Assembly: GCA_963803025.1 (NCBI GenBank)
Contig: CAWDKZ010000009.1
Span: forward strand, 36,616 to 100,615
Reading direction: 5' to 3'
Length of the DNA stretch: 64,000 nucleotides
Origin: an uncultured Acidimicrobiaceae bacterium
GTDB lineage: Bacteria; Actinomycetota; Acidimicrobiia; Acidimicrobiales; Bog-793
In this document: positions 9,957 to 19,081 of the stretch, in pieces
Layout: every line of letters starts with the position of its first letter
How positions within the stretch are numbered: the stretch's first letter is position 1
The notes under the pieces: model-generated
What the model saw: the letters and a program-made list of their open reading frames with translations, nothing else
What the model was told of the DNA's origin: nothing
The model's database searches: none
Program-made: the position numbers and the translations under genes

Positions 9957-10943
9957 TCACTTGTGATCGAGGAAGTCCTCGATGTACGTGCGTATGATCG
10001 TCTCGACATCGCCGTCGCGCGCCAAGCCGAGCGCCGTCGCGCGCTCGAAGGACGAGTGCTTCGCCCATCCGCGAAAGATCCCCACAATGGTCGGATCGGG
10101 CCGGATGTGGATCGGCCCGAGGGGCCGATCGGTGGCCCGCCGTAGAGCCGTGATCATTTCCTCGGCAGTGACGTCGATCGCGGGCAAGTTGAGCGCGCGA
10201 TCGGCACCGAGCACTTCGCCGGCCACCTCGTGAACGCGCACGAGGTTCTCCACGACCGTGCGGTAGCCGGACAGCGGGACGCTCGTTCCCGCATCGACTG
10301 GCACGACGCACTCGTCCCCGTTCAACGGCTCACGGAAGACGCCACTCACCCACGACGACGCGGCCGCGTTGGGGCGACCGGGTCGAATGACGACGGTCGG
10401 AAGTCGGGCCGAGCGGCCGTCGAGGAAGCCCTTGCGCGTGTAGTCGTTCACGAGCAGCTCGCATATTGCCTTCGTGGCGCCGTACGTCGTTCCGGGTGTG
10501 AGCTTCGTCGAATCAGAGACGGTGCCAGCGACTGCAGCGCCGCCGAAGGCCGCGATGCTGCTTGAGAAGACGAGGCGAGGCCGCGAGGGCCGAGCCCTGC
10601 ACGCTTCGAGCACCGCTCTTGTGCCGTCGAGGTTCGTCGACAGCGCACCATCGAAGTCGAGCTCGCAACCCCCACTCACCATCGACGCGAGGTGGAACAC
10701 GCTGACATCGTCCCGGTCGATGATCGAGCGGACAAGTTCGCCGTCGGCGACGTTGCCCACCACGACCGTCGCTCTATCGCCTAGATCGCGGAGTGACTCG
10801 AGTGGCGCGACCACATCGAAAAGAACAAGACTGTCGATAGGCTCAATCGTTCCCGAGGGACCGGTGAGCCCATCTCGATCGAGCAGGTTGCGGGCTAGCG
10901 TCATGCCGAGGAAGCCCGTGCCCCCGGTGACGATGACCTTCAT
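9957..10943 (-). CDS. NAD-dependent epimerase/dehydratase, D-erythronate dehydrogenase (DenD)-like
   Basis: MKVIVTGGTGFLG, HLASMVSG, YGATK, DYTRKGFLDGRSARLPTVVIRPGRPNAAASS. Confidence 0.85.
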   Translation of the reverse strand: MKVIVTGGTGFLGMTLARNLLDRDGLTGPSGTIEPIDSLVLFDVVAPLESLRDLGDRATVVVGNVADGELVRSIIDRDDVSVFHLASMVSGGCELDFDGALSTNLDGTRAVLEACRARPSRPRLVFSSSIAAFGGAAVAGTVSDSTKLTPGTTYGATKAICELLVNDYTRKGFLDGRSARLPTVVIRPGRPNAAASSWVSGVFREPLNGDECVVPVDAGTSVPLSGYRTVVENLVRVHEVAGEVLGADRALNLPAIDVTAEEMITALRRATDRPLGPIHIRPDPTIVGIFRGWAKHSSFERATALGLARDGDVETIIRTYIEDFLDHK

Positions 10944-11692
10944 CCGACGTACCTTGGCACTAACACGATTACCGATGGTACCCGCAGACGAGAGAGCCCT
11001 GCTCCCGCTCGTCGACATGCTCCGGCACGACAAACTACCCTCACCCCGCCTTTGCCAGGTATTCGCGCACAGTGCTCGCCGCGACGTTCAGCGCCCCGCC
11101 GATTTGCCGTGAGCTGCCGCCGATTCTCCGGACAGGTTGGCTGAGGTGATTATGCCGCGATCGCGGCGTTGGTGTGTCGTGTTTCGAACTCGACGGGGCT
11201 GAGGTTGCCGATCGAAGAGTGGCGCCTCCTCGGGTTGTAGAAGGCCTCGATGTACTCGAAGATCGCCGAGGCCAGCTCGGCTCGGGTCTGCCAGCGCCTG
11301 CGGTCGAGGAGCTCGAGCTGGAGCGTGCCGAAGAATCTCTCGGCCATCGCGTTGTCGAGCGCGTCGCCGACGCTGCCCATCGAGCCCAAGATGCCGGCAT
11401 CGCGGAGCCGGCGACCGAAGGCCCAGCTCGTGTAGGTGGAGCCGTGGTCCGTGTGCATCACCGTGCCGGGATCGCGGTCGTGACGCCGCCAGATCGCCAT
11501 CTGCAGGGCGTCGACGACGAGCTCGGCACGGAGCTGGTTCGCGATCGACCAGCCGACGACACGCCGTGAGTACGCGTCGATCACCGTCGCCAGGTAGACC
11601 TTGCCCTCCGCCGTCGGATGTTCCGTCACGTCACCAACCCAGAGTGCGTCGGGCCGGTCGACGGCGAACCGCCTGTTCACGAGGTCGTCGGA

Positions 11693-13647
11693 CCGGAGTT
11701 CAGCGTCTAACCCCCCGATTGAACGCTTCTCGAGACGACCATAAACCACTGATCAGGAAGTTCGCCTCGCCAGGTCCCCGGTTCGTCAGGGAAATGTAGG
11801 GGCGACATATCCGTGATTGGCGCTGCCGTTTGCAGTATTGTTCTGTGTGATGTACGTGAAGCGGACGGTGCGCAGGCGAGGCGACAAAGAGTACACGTAC
11901 CTGTCGCTCGTCGAAGCCGTGCGCGTGGACGGCAAGAACACCCAGCGGGAGCTGTTCCGCTTGGGCGAGGTCGGTGAGCTCGAGCGCACCGGACAGCTCG
12001 ACCGCATCGTCGCCGCGCTCTCGAGCTACACGGACAAGCACTGGGTGGCGTCCGACGAGCTGGAGGGAGCGGGTGCTCCTTCCTATGGTGCCGTTGCGGC
12101 GATCGCTTCTTACTTCGACCGCGCCGGTCTTCGCACCCACTTCGCAGCCCTCGGTGACAAGCGCCGCCACCAGCACCTCGCCGACACGGTGTTCGTGATG
12201 GTGGCGAACCGGCTCTTGGATCCCGCCTCCAAGCGCCGCACCATTCTCGAATGGCTCTCCCAGGTCGCGCTGCCCGACGGTGTCTCCGCCCCGCTCCTCG
12301 ACCAGTGCTACCGCGCCCTCGACGTGATCGCCGAGCAAAAGGAAGCGACCGAGGAGGTCCTCTACCGGCGGCTGACGGACCTGTCGAACCTGGACCTCCG
12401 CCTCGCCCTCTACGACTTGACCTCGACGTATCTCGAGACGAGCTGTGGGCCCTCCGAGGATTTCTCCTCCCGTGCCTACGGCTACAGCCGTGACAAGAGG
12501 GGCGACCGCCCCCAGGTCGTGATCGGCCTGCTCGTCACCGGGAACGGGATCCCGATCGCCCACTACGTCTTTCCCGGCAACACGCGGGACTCGACGACGC
12601 TCCGACACGTGATGGCGGACTATCAAGCGCGATTCGGCGTCGGGAAGATCGCCCTCGTGGCTGACCGCGGCCTCATCTCCGAGCAGAACCTCGCCGATGT
12701 CGCGGCAGCTGGCTTCGACCACGTGCTGGCGACGCGGCTCCACCACGACGAGGACGTCGCGGCAGTCCTTGAGGAAGCAGTGGCGACAAGCGAGGGCGGC
12801 TGGACAAGCGTGCCGGGCGCCGAAGGCACCTCCTGTTGCGAGGTGATGCGATCCGGCCGGCGCTTCGTCGTGGTGTTCTCCGAGAAACGCAAGTCGCGAG
12901 ACGACCGCCGAAGAGAAGAGCTCCTCGCCAGGACCGAGCAGAAGCTCATCACGCTCGCCGATCGCGTCCGGGCGGGAAAGCTCGTCGACCCGGCGAAGAT
13001 CGGCGCCGCCGCGGACCGCATCCTGCGGGACTCGGGCGTGACGCGGTGCTTTGCCGTGACGATCCGACACGGCGTCTTTTCCTGGCGCTTCGACGAGGAG
13101 GCGCTCTCCTATGAGGAGAAGCTCCTCGCCGGTCGCTACGTGCTCACGACGTCGCTGAAGCCCGAGCAGGCGTCGGTGACCGACATCGTGCGGCACTACA
13201 AGATGCTCCAGAACGTCGAGCGCAGATTCCGCGTGATGAAGGACTTCCTCGGCCTTCGTCCCGTCCACCACCGGACAGAAGAGCGTGTCCGCGCCCACAT
13301 CGCCCTGTGCGTGATCGCCGCGGTGATCGAGGCGGTGATGGGCGACGATCTCGCAGCCGCTCAGCTGAAAGATCCCGATCTGCCCGAACAGACGATGACA
13401 CCGTGCCGGGCCCTCGCCGAGCTCGGGAAGATCCGCCGGCACCACCTCCACGCCGGACGCGACATCGAGCTCGTCGACCGGCCGGACAAACTGCAGCGCC
13501 AGATCCTCGACGCGTTCCGTGTCGAGGACTCGACCTGGGGAAGAGCCAAACTCTTCTGAGCAGCCCCTGCGCGTGACGCGTAGGGGAAACAACTGTCTGT
13601 CGTGCCGCCGCTACCAGCACATTCGCGAAACAGACGCTGAACTCCGG
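11693..13647 (+). mobile_element. IS1634-family element (copy B), complete, inserted in IS3 orfB
   Basis: Perfect 16-bp TIR CCGGAGTTCAGCGTCT; 5-bp TSD TCGGA at 11688-11692 and 13648-13652. Confidence 0.95.
11850..13559 (+). CDS. IS1634-family transposase
   Basis: MYVKRTVRRR, YDLTSTYLE, YGYSRDKRGDRPQV, VADRG, VERRFRVMK. Confidence 0.93.
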   Translation: MYVKRTVRRRGDKEYTYLSLVEAVRVDGKNTQRELFRLGEVGELERTGQLDRIVAALSSYTDKHWVASDELEGAGAPSYGAVAAIASYFDRAGLRTHFAALGDKRRHQHLADTVFVMVANRLLDPASKRRTILEWLSQVALPDGVSAPLLDQCYRALDVIAEQKEATEEVLYRRLTDLSNLDLRLALYDLTSTYLETSCGPSEDFSSRAYGYSRDKRGDRPQVVIGLLVTGNGIPIAHYVFPGNTRDSTTLRHVMADYQARFGVGKIALVADRGLISEQNLADVAAAGFDHVLATRLHHDEDVAAVLEEAVATSEGGWTSVPGAEGTSCCEVMRSGRRFVVVFSEKRKSRDDRRREELLARTEQKLITLADRVRAGKLVDPAKIGAAADRILRDSGVTRCFAVTIRHGVFSWRFDEEALSYEEKLLAGRYVLTTSLKPEQASVTDIVRHYKMLQNVERRFRVMKDFLGLRPVHHRTEERVRAHIALCVIAAVIEAVMGDDLAAAQLKDPDLPEQTMTPCRALAELGKIRRHHLHAGRDIELVDRPDKLQRQILDAFRVEDSTWGRAKLF

Positions 13648-14227
13648 TCGGAGAGATCAGCCCGGGGGTCGCGCCGCGTCGTCCAGTGCTTCTTGCGGCG
13701 ATAGACGCCCTCGATGCCGGCATTACGCATCAGGCGTTCGACGCGACGGATGCCCACGTGGATCCCCTCACCGAGGCGGAGCTCGGCATGCACGCGCCGC
13801 GACCCATAGGTGCCGCGGGACTGGGCATGGATCTCGGTGATCACGCCGGTGAGCACCTCGTTCGCCGTCGTCCGGGGAGCGGGGTGCTCACGTCGCTCGC
13901 GCCAGTCGTAGTAGCCCGATGTCGAGACCCCGAAGACCCGGCAGAGCACCATGACTGGATAGTTGGCCTTCTCCGCCTCGATGAAGGCGAAGGTCAGCGC
14001 GAGCGGTAGTTGCTCTCGTTGGCAAGCAAGGCCGCGGCTTTTCCCAGGATCTCCTTCTCCATGCGGAGCACCCGGTTCTCACGCCGGAGCTGGGTGAGCT
14101 CCTTGCGTTCGTCGGTCGTCAGACCCTCGCGACGTCCCTCGTCGACATCGGCCTGGTGCAGCCAGTTCCTTAGAGCGCGCGCCAATAGGCGCACCGTTGA
14201 ACCCTGTTCGGCCATAGGTCTTCCTCG

Positions 14228-14809
14228 TTAGCGAGCAGCTACGAGCAGGCCTGACGGTGTCGTGTTGTTGCCGTTCGCGACAGCGATCGCTCGTGCCAGA
14301 GCTGAGATCATGAGCGCGGATCGAACCTGATTCAGGTCCATCACCGCGACCGCCGCAACCTTGGGGTCGATGCGGCCAGCATCGCGTTCGACAAGGGCTG
14401 CTCGAGCAAGGTCCAGCCGGTGCTGGGGTGTGTCGACGAGCGCCACCGCTTTGTCGAGAATCTCGTCGAGGTGCTCGTAGTCACCATCGTCGAAGGCGTG
14501 TCGAACTCGTGCGATCTCGGGGGTCTCGAGCGCGGGAAGGGCAACCTGTAAGGAAACGTCGAGCTCGGGAAGGCGGATCATCTCGTGCACGAGGTCTTCG
14601 AACTCCTCGCGATCGACGCCACCGTCGCGAAGCGCCGAGATGACCTCGAGGCGGAGTTTCGCGAGAACAGCACGCGGCTTGTTTGCTTCAGCGCTGCCTG
14701 AGACGGCGAAACAGCAGCGCTTGGCCTTGAGCCCACTTCCACAAGAACAGGGGTCGTTGCGACCGAGCTTCACGAGTGGGGACCTCCTCTCTCGCCCATC
14801 GTCTCCCAA
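14228..14809 (-). CDS. SEC-C motif protein (IS passenger)
   Basis: KLGRNDPCSCGSGLKAKRCC followed by a helical domain. Confidence 0.8.
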   Translation of the reverse strand: MGDDGRERRSPLVKLGRNDPCSCGSGLKAKRCCFAVSGSAEANKPRAVLAKLRLEVISALRDGGVDREEFEDLVHEMIRLPELDVSLQVALPALETPEIARVRHAFDDGDYEHLDEILDKAVALVDTPQHRLDLARAALVERDAGRIDPKVAAVAVMDLNQVRSALMISALARAIAVANGNNTTPSGLLVAAR

Positions 14810-14911
14810 GCACAGACGGAGGTGGTGGATGGAGAGGGTCCACCGGTTCTCGGGATGGCCCGGAGATGATCCGGGTACTCAATCCCACCCCGAGAACCTG
14901 ATGGAGGTCCC

Positions 14912-15754
14912 ATGCTCGCGCTCAGTCCCCGCGTCGTCGAGGTCGTCTGGCAAGCTGTTTCGCCGCTCCTGCCCAGACACGACGACCGCCACCCCCTCGG
15001 CTGTCACCGGCCGCGCCTCTCTGACCGGGACTGTTTCGAGGCGATCCTGTTCCGCCTGGTCACGGGGTGCTCCTGGGACGTCGCGGGACGCCTCGGTAAG
15101 GGTGGCGAGACGACCCTTCGACGACGGCGCGACGAGTGGATCGCGGCAGGCGTGTTCGAGATCCTCGTCGATGAGGCGATCTCCGCCTATGACCGAATCG
15201 TTGGTCTCGATTTGTCCGAGGTCTCGATCGACGGCTCGATGCACAAGGCTCCCTGCGGTGGTGAGGGCACCGGGCCCAACCCGACCGATCGCGGCAAGAC
15301 CGGATGGAAGTGGTCGATCGCCACCGAGAGAAACGGCATCCCGATCGGTTGGACGACCGACGGGGCCAACCGCAACGACTGCGCGTTGTTGCCGGCGACG
15401 CTCGAATCGGTGGCAGCTCGAGGCTTGCTCGATGAGATCGAGACGTTGCACCTCGACCTCGGCTATGACAGCGGGGTCGTTCGTCGCCAGGTCGAAGATG
15501 CCGGAATCGATGACCTCGTCTGTGCGAAGAAACGGCCGATCGGCACGGCCGGTGGTTCGAAGCGGCACCTCCCACTTGGAATGAGATGGCCGGTCGAGCG
15601 GACGAACTCGTGGCTCTCGAACTTCGGCCAGCTCCGACGCTCGACCGATCGCTACGTGACACAGCGCATTGCTGCGCTGTGTCTGGCGATCACGCTCGTC
15701 ATCACGGTGAAGCTCGTCAAATGGCAGCGCCGTTGGCAACCAGTCTGCGCCTAA
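14912..15754 (+). CDS. IS5-family transposase
   Basis: HPLGCHRPRLSDR, TGCSW, SIDGSMHKAP, DRGKTGWK, LDLGYD, RWPVERTNSWL. Confidence 0.92.
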   Translation: MLALSPRVVEVVWQAVSPLLPRHDDRHPLGCHRPRLSDRDCFEAILFRLVTGCSWDVAGRLGKGGETTLRRRRDEWIAAGVFEILVDEAISAYDRIVGLDLSEVSIDGSMHKAPCGGEGTGPNPTDRGKTGWKWSIATERNGIPIGWTTDGANRNDCALLPATLESVAARGLLDEIETLHLDLGYDSGVVRRQVEDAGIDDLVCAKKRPIGTAGGSKRHLPLGMRWPVERTNSWLSNFGQLRRSTDRYVTQRIAALCLAITLVITVKLVKWQRRWQPVCA

Positions 15755-16036
15755 TGGCGCGCGCTCTTAGGCAGCTCTCGGAGATCCCGAGGTCCTCGGC
15801 GATCTTCGCGATGGGCTTCGCACGCTCACGGGCGAGCTCGACGGCACGACGGTGGAACTCCGGTGGGTGGGGACGTGGCATCCGGACTCCTCTCCGAGCT
15901 GGGTAACGCCCAACTCAGGGTAGGTGTCCGTCAAATCAGCGGCAGCTCAACCGCGACTGAAGCGGTGTCCTGTTGCACCGCTTTCAAGAGGCAACCCAGT
16001 GCAGACTAAGTGATCGTGATCGAGGACAATGAACCC

Positions 16037-16096
16037 ATGAGCGAACTGACCACGACGGAAGCGGCTCGTTTACTCCGCGCACTTCCCAAACTGTAG
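16037..16096 (+). pseudogene. Truncated excisionase-like HTH start
   Basis: MSELTTTEAARLLRALPKL*. Confidence 0.35.
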
Positions 16097-16566
16097 GTAG
16101 CTGGCGACCCTGCACTTGACAAACCGGGCGACAGCCCGTGGCCCTCTGACCGCCACGTTCTCTCCTACCACCCCGCCCCTTCGCCGCCGCGTGGGCGAAC
16201 GTGGGCGCCTGTGTGCCGGCCCTGTAGCTTCCCGCCCTAAGCGCTGTGCCCCGCCTGCTGGGGCCCGGCTGAGGCCGTAGCCTCAAGCCCTCCCGTAGGC
16301 CCCTCCTCGCCCTCAAAGGGTTTCCTCGGTGGGTCCCCCTCTCCTGCCCCTCCTGTGTGCCGGTGTGGCCGTCTTTGGCGCTGTTCTTTGCCCCCGTCCC
16401 GCCGTCCGTGCGTTCCGGGCGTTCGCCCCTCTGGTGCGCCGCCCGGCCGCCGGCCGGCTCGGTGCTGCCCCCCCTCGGCCGGCCTGCTCGCCCTTTCGCC
16501 CCTTCGGCCGCTGCCCCTGCCGCCCGGGCCTGCCCGCCGTCCCCTCGTCCCTTCGCCACCCGGTCC

Positions 16567-16791
16567 ATGGCGGGAGCCACCCGCGCCGTCCGAGCACTGC
16601 CGTTTGCCCCGGGCAACGGGGCCGTGCTCACGCTCGGCGAGGTGGCAAGCATCCTCAAGTGCTGCCCCGAGCAGGCCCGGCTGATGGCCCTCGCCCGCGA
16701 GATACCCGGGGCGTTCCGCGTTGGGAAGCTCCACCGCGTGAGCGCCGAACCCTTCTTCTGCTGGCTCAGCACCGTCGGCGAGACAGCTTAG
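16567..16791 (+). CDS. Excisionase-like HTH DNA-binding protein (start uncertain)
   Basis: VLTLGEVASILKCCPEQARLMALAREIPGAFRVGKLHRVS; convergent with the integrase. Confidence 0.7.
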   Translation: MAGATRAVRALPFAPGNGAVLTLGEVASILKCCPEQARLMALAREIPGAFRVGKLHRVSAEPFFCWLSTVGETA

Positions 16792-16798
16792 CGCCCAG

Positions 16799-18136
16799 TC
16801 ACGACGCCGATCGGCGGGTCCGCCGCGGGGACCTGAACGGCACCGGCCCGGTCGCCGGTACAGCCTTCTTCGGAGCGGTCGCCCTCTTCGCCGGTGTCGA
16901 GGCGAGCCGCTCCGTGTTGACGTACTGGCGTCCGAGGGCAGTGATGATGGTATCCCCCGCCGGGGTCGCGCCCACGTAGGTTCGGAGCGTCAGGGATATG
17001 TCCTCGTGGTCGAGTTCCGCTGCCACGCGCGCGACGTCCACGCCCGCGGCGATGAGCTCGGTGCCTCGGTGGTGGCGCATGTCGTGCGACCGGTAGGGAA
17101 GACCCGCCAGGTCGCCAATGGCCTTGACGTGACGCTGCACGTAGTCGGGCTCCATCGGCGTGAGGCCCATCCCGTCGTAGCTGAACACCCAGCCGTCGGA
17201 GGGCAGTCTCGTGCCGGTCTGCTTGCAGCGCTCAAGCTGCGCGTTGTGGAGGGCGTGCAGCGTGTCCACTACGACCGGGTCGAGCAGGTGGACAGGCGCG
17301 GGCTTGCCCTTGCGGTGCTTCGCCCATGCCACGGTCTGGACCTTGCCCCACACGCTGTTGCGCACACGATTGATCGTTACCGTCTGCTTGTCCCGGTCGA
17401 AGTCCCCCCACATGAGACCGGTAAGGGCCTGCCTCCGCAGTCCCGTGAGTGCCGCCGTGAGGAAGTAAGCGGCGAGGTCGGGGTGCACCTGTGGGGCCGT
17501 CTCGATGAGGAGCCTGACCTCCTCGACCGTCGCCTTCGGAGTCTTCTTCTTCGGAGGCGCGGGCTTGTCCTCCACGTACTTGGCGGCGTTGAACTTCAGC
17601 CACTTGCGTCCGATCCCCCACTCCATCGCAGCGCGTATCGCCTTGTGCGTTTGGACGAGGCCGGACTGCCCGACTCCGTGGTCCTCCTCCAATCCTTTGA
17701 GCAACTCCTCGACGGGTTCGGACGAGTCGAGCTTCGAGAGTCTGATCGCGAGAAAGTTCGGCGCTCTCTTCCTCAGCCGTCGGACCTGGTACGCGTAGTT
17801 CTCGAACGTGCTGTCCGCCAGCGCGCCCTTCTTGTTCCTGTCCTCGCACCGCGCCAGCCACGCGTCCATGAGGTCTCCGACGGTCGCCCTCGCCCCTCCC
17901 CTCGGGCTCATAGACGCCTGGGCGAGCATCGAGGCGCGCTCGGCCACCGCCTCCTCGTACGCGCCGTGGAACACCTTCGTGCGCGAAGGCTGCTTGCCGG
18001 TCAGGGCGTCCCGCGGAAACGTGATGCGCATCTCCCACGTGTTCACGCCGATGTTGCGCACGCCGTTCCGCCACGGACCCTTCTTCGACTTCTTCTTTGC
18101 GCTCGTGTGGGTCGCTCCGGTCGCTGCCACAGGCAA
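16799..18136 (-). CDS. Tyrosine recombinase/integrase
   Basis: TGLRRQAL..LMWGDFD, HDMRH, LDHEDISLTLRTY (R, HxxR, H, Y); arm-binding-like N-terminus; next to tRNA 3' end. Confidence 0.9.
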   Translation of the reverse strand: MPVAATGATHTSAKKKSKKGPWRNGVRNIGVNTWEMRITFPRDALTGKQPSRTKVFHGAYEEAVAERASMLAQASMSPRGGARATVGDLMDAWLARCEDRNKKGALADSTFENYAYQVRRLRKRAPNFLAIRLSKLDSSEPVEELLKGLEEDHGVGQSGLVQTHKAIRAAMEWGIGRKWLKFNAAKYVEDKPAPPKKKTPKATVEEVRLLIETAPQVHPDLAAYFLTAALTGLRRQALTGLMWGDFDRDKQTVTINRVRNSVWGKVQTVAWAKHRKGKPAPVHLLDPVVVDTLHALHNAQLERCKQTGTRLPSDGWVFSYDGMGLTPMEPDYVQRHVKAIGDLAGLPYRSHDMRHHRGTELIAAGVDVARVAAELDHEDISLTLRTYVGATPAGDTIITALGRQYVNTERLASTPAKRATAPKKAVPATGPVPFRSPRRTRRSAS

Positions 18137-18253
18137 AGGATACCGCCGCCCCTCGCCCCAGACCCGGCAAAATCAGGTTCGGCGAGGGGGTTTCTGAAGG
18201 GATTGCCAGCATATAGTCAAGCGGCTTAGCCCTATGACCAGGGCACTTCCTCG

Positions 18254-18328
18254 TCGGGCTGCCGGGATTTGAACCCGGGACCTCTTGACCCCCAGTCAAG
18301 CGCGCTAACCAAACTGCGCCACAGCCCG
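18254..18328 (-). tRNA. tRNA-Pro(GGG)
   Basis: CGGGCTGTGGCGCAGTTTGGTTAGCGCGCTTGACTGGGGGTCAAGAGGTCCCGGGTTCAAATCCCGGCAGCCCGA; no encoded CCA. Confidence 0.96.
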
Positions 18329-18540
18329 CCACGACCCATCGGTTGCAGTTCACCGGCGTCTCCGAGTCGAAGCAACCACCGAACCGTGATCGACGGATGA
18401 ACCCAGACGGTATCAGTCGGTGTGCAGCAAATCTCCTGGGCGATCTTCGGGGCCGCCGGTACTGAATGCCATGAAGGGGGACCTCCCCCGGTGAGAACTT
18501 GGGTTCTCACCGGAACCACACCGAAGGAGGCCCTGACACC

Positions 18541-18915
18541 ATGTTGCACATCGGACCGGATCTTTCGAGACGCCGCCTCGACGTCCACGTCATGAAGGAG
18601 TTTGGCCAGACTCTGCTCGTCGACGCCTGGCCACCCGACGCCGACGCGCTCCGGGTGAAGGGCCTTGCGCCGCTCGCCTGCAAGACCGACCGCAGTTTCG
18701 TCAGCGGCCTGGAAGAGGATGAGTCAGCGCGACGACTCGCCTCGGCGATCCTCGAAATGGGCCGGGCTCTTGACGTCACCGTCATCGCCGAAGGCGTGGA
18801 GACGAAAGGCCAGTTCACATGGCTGGACCGCGCCGGCTGCCGCTGCGCCCAGGGTTTCTACTTCTCGAAACCGCTGCCCGCGACGGAGTGCTTCGACCTT
18901 CTCAGCCGCGATTGA
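18541..18915 (+). pseudogene. Chimera: IS110 transposase N-terminus fused to an EAL-domain C-terminus
   Basis: MLHIGPDLSRRRLDVHV (IS110 GxD strand), then KTDRSFV...VIAEGVET...AQGFYFSKPLP (EAL). Confidence 0.75.
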
Positions 18916-19081
18916 TCCATCGTGGAGGACGACCCGGCTCGCCGACCCGGCTCGCCGGCTCGGCGACGCGACGGGTGCGGCGAGAGAGCCCTGTGTTTCC
19001 GTGCCCGACGCGTCGTTCCGCGTCCTGAGGTCCCTGCAAGACGCGTTCGACGTCCGGTGCCCGCAGAGCGCCGCGAGCGCT

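Larger units (their letters stand above)
14173..15766 (+). mobile_element. IS5-family element with passenger gene, inserted in IS3 orfA
   Basis: TIR GAGCGCGCGCCA(A/T)TAGGCGCA; TTA duplication at 14170-72 and 15767-69; excision restores orfA ..ESCLRNWL.. Confidence 0.92.
11110..15949 (-). mobile_element. IS3-family element carrying two nested IS insertions
   Basis: TIRs TGAGCTGCCGC(C/T)GATT..CGGACA at both ends; orfA at 15881-15767 and 14172-13994; orfB at about 13990-13648 and 11692-11150 with WVGDVT, HTDHGS, DNAMAERFFGTL. Confidence 0.9.

Noticed and set aside
15960-15984. Hairpin AAGCGGTG-N8-CACCGCTT as att site or terminator
   Set aside because: No similarity to the tRNA end and no clear upstream gene; cannot be assigned
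18931-18970. Short repeat CCGGCTCGCCG
   Set aside because: Only 2-3 imperfect GC-rich copies; no further structure
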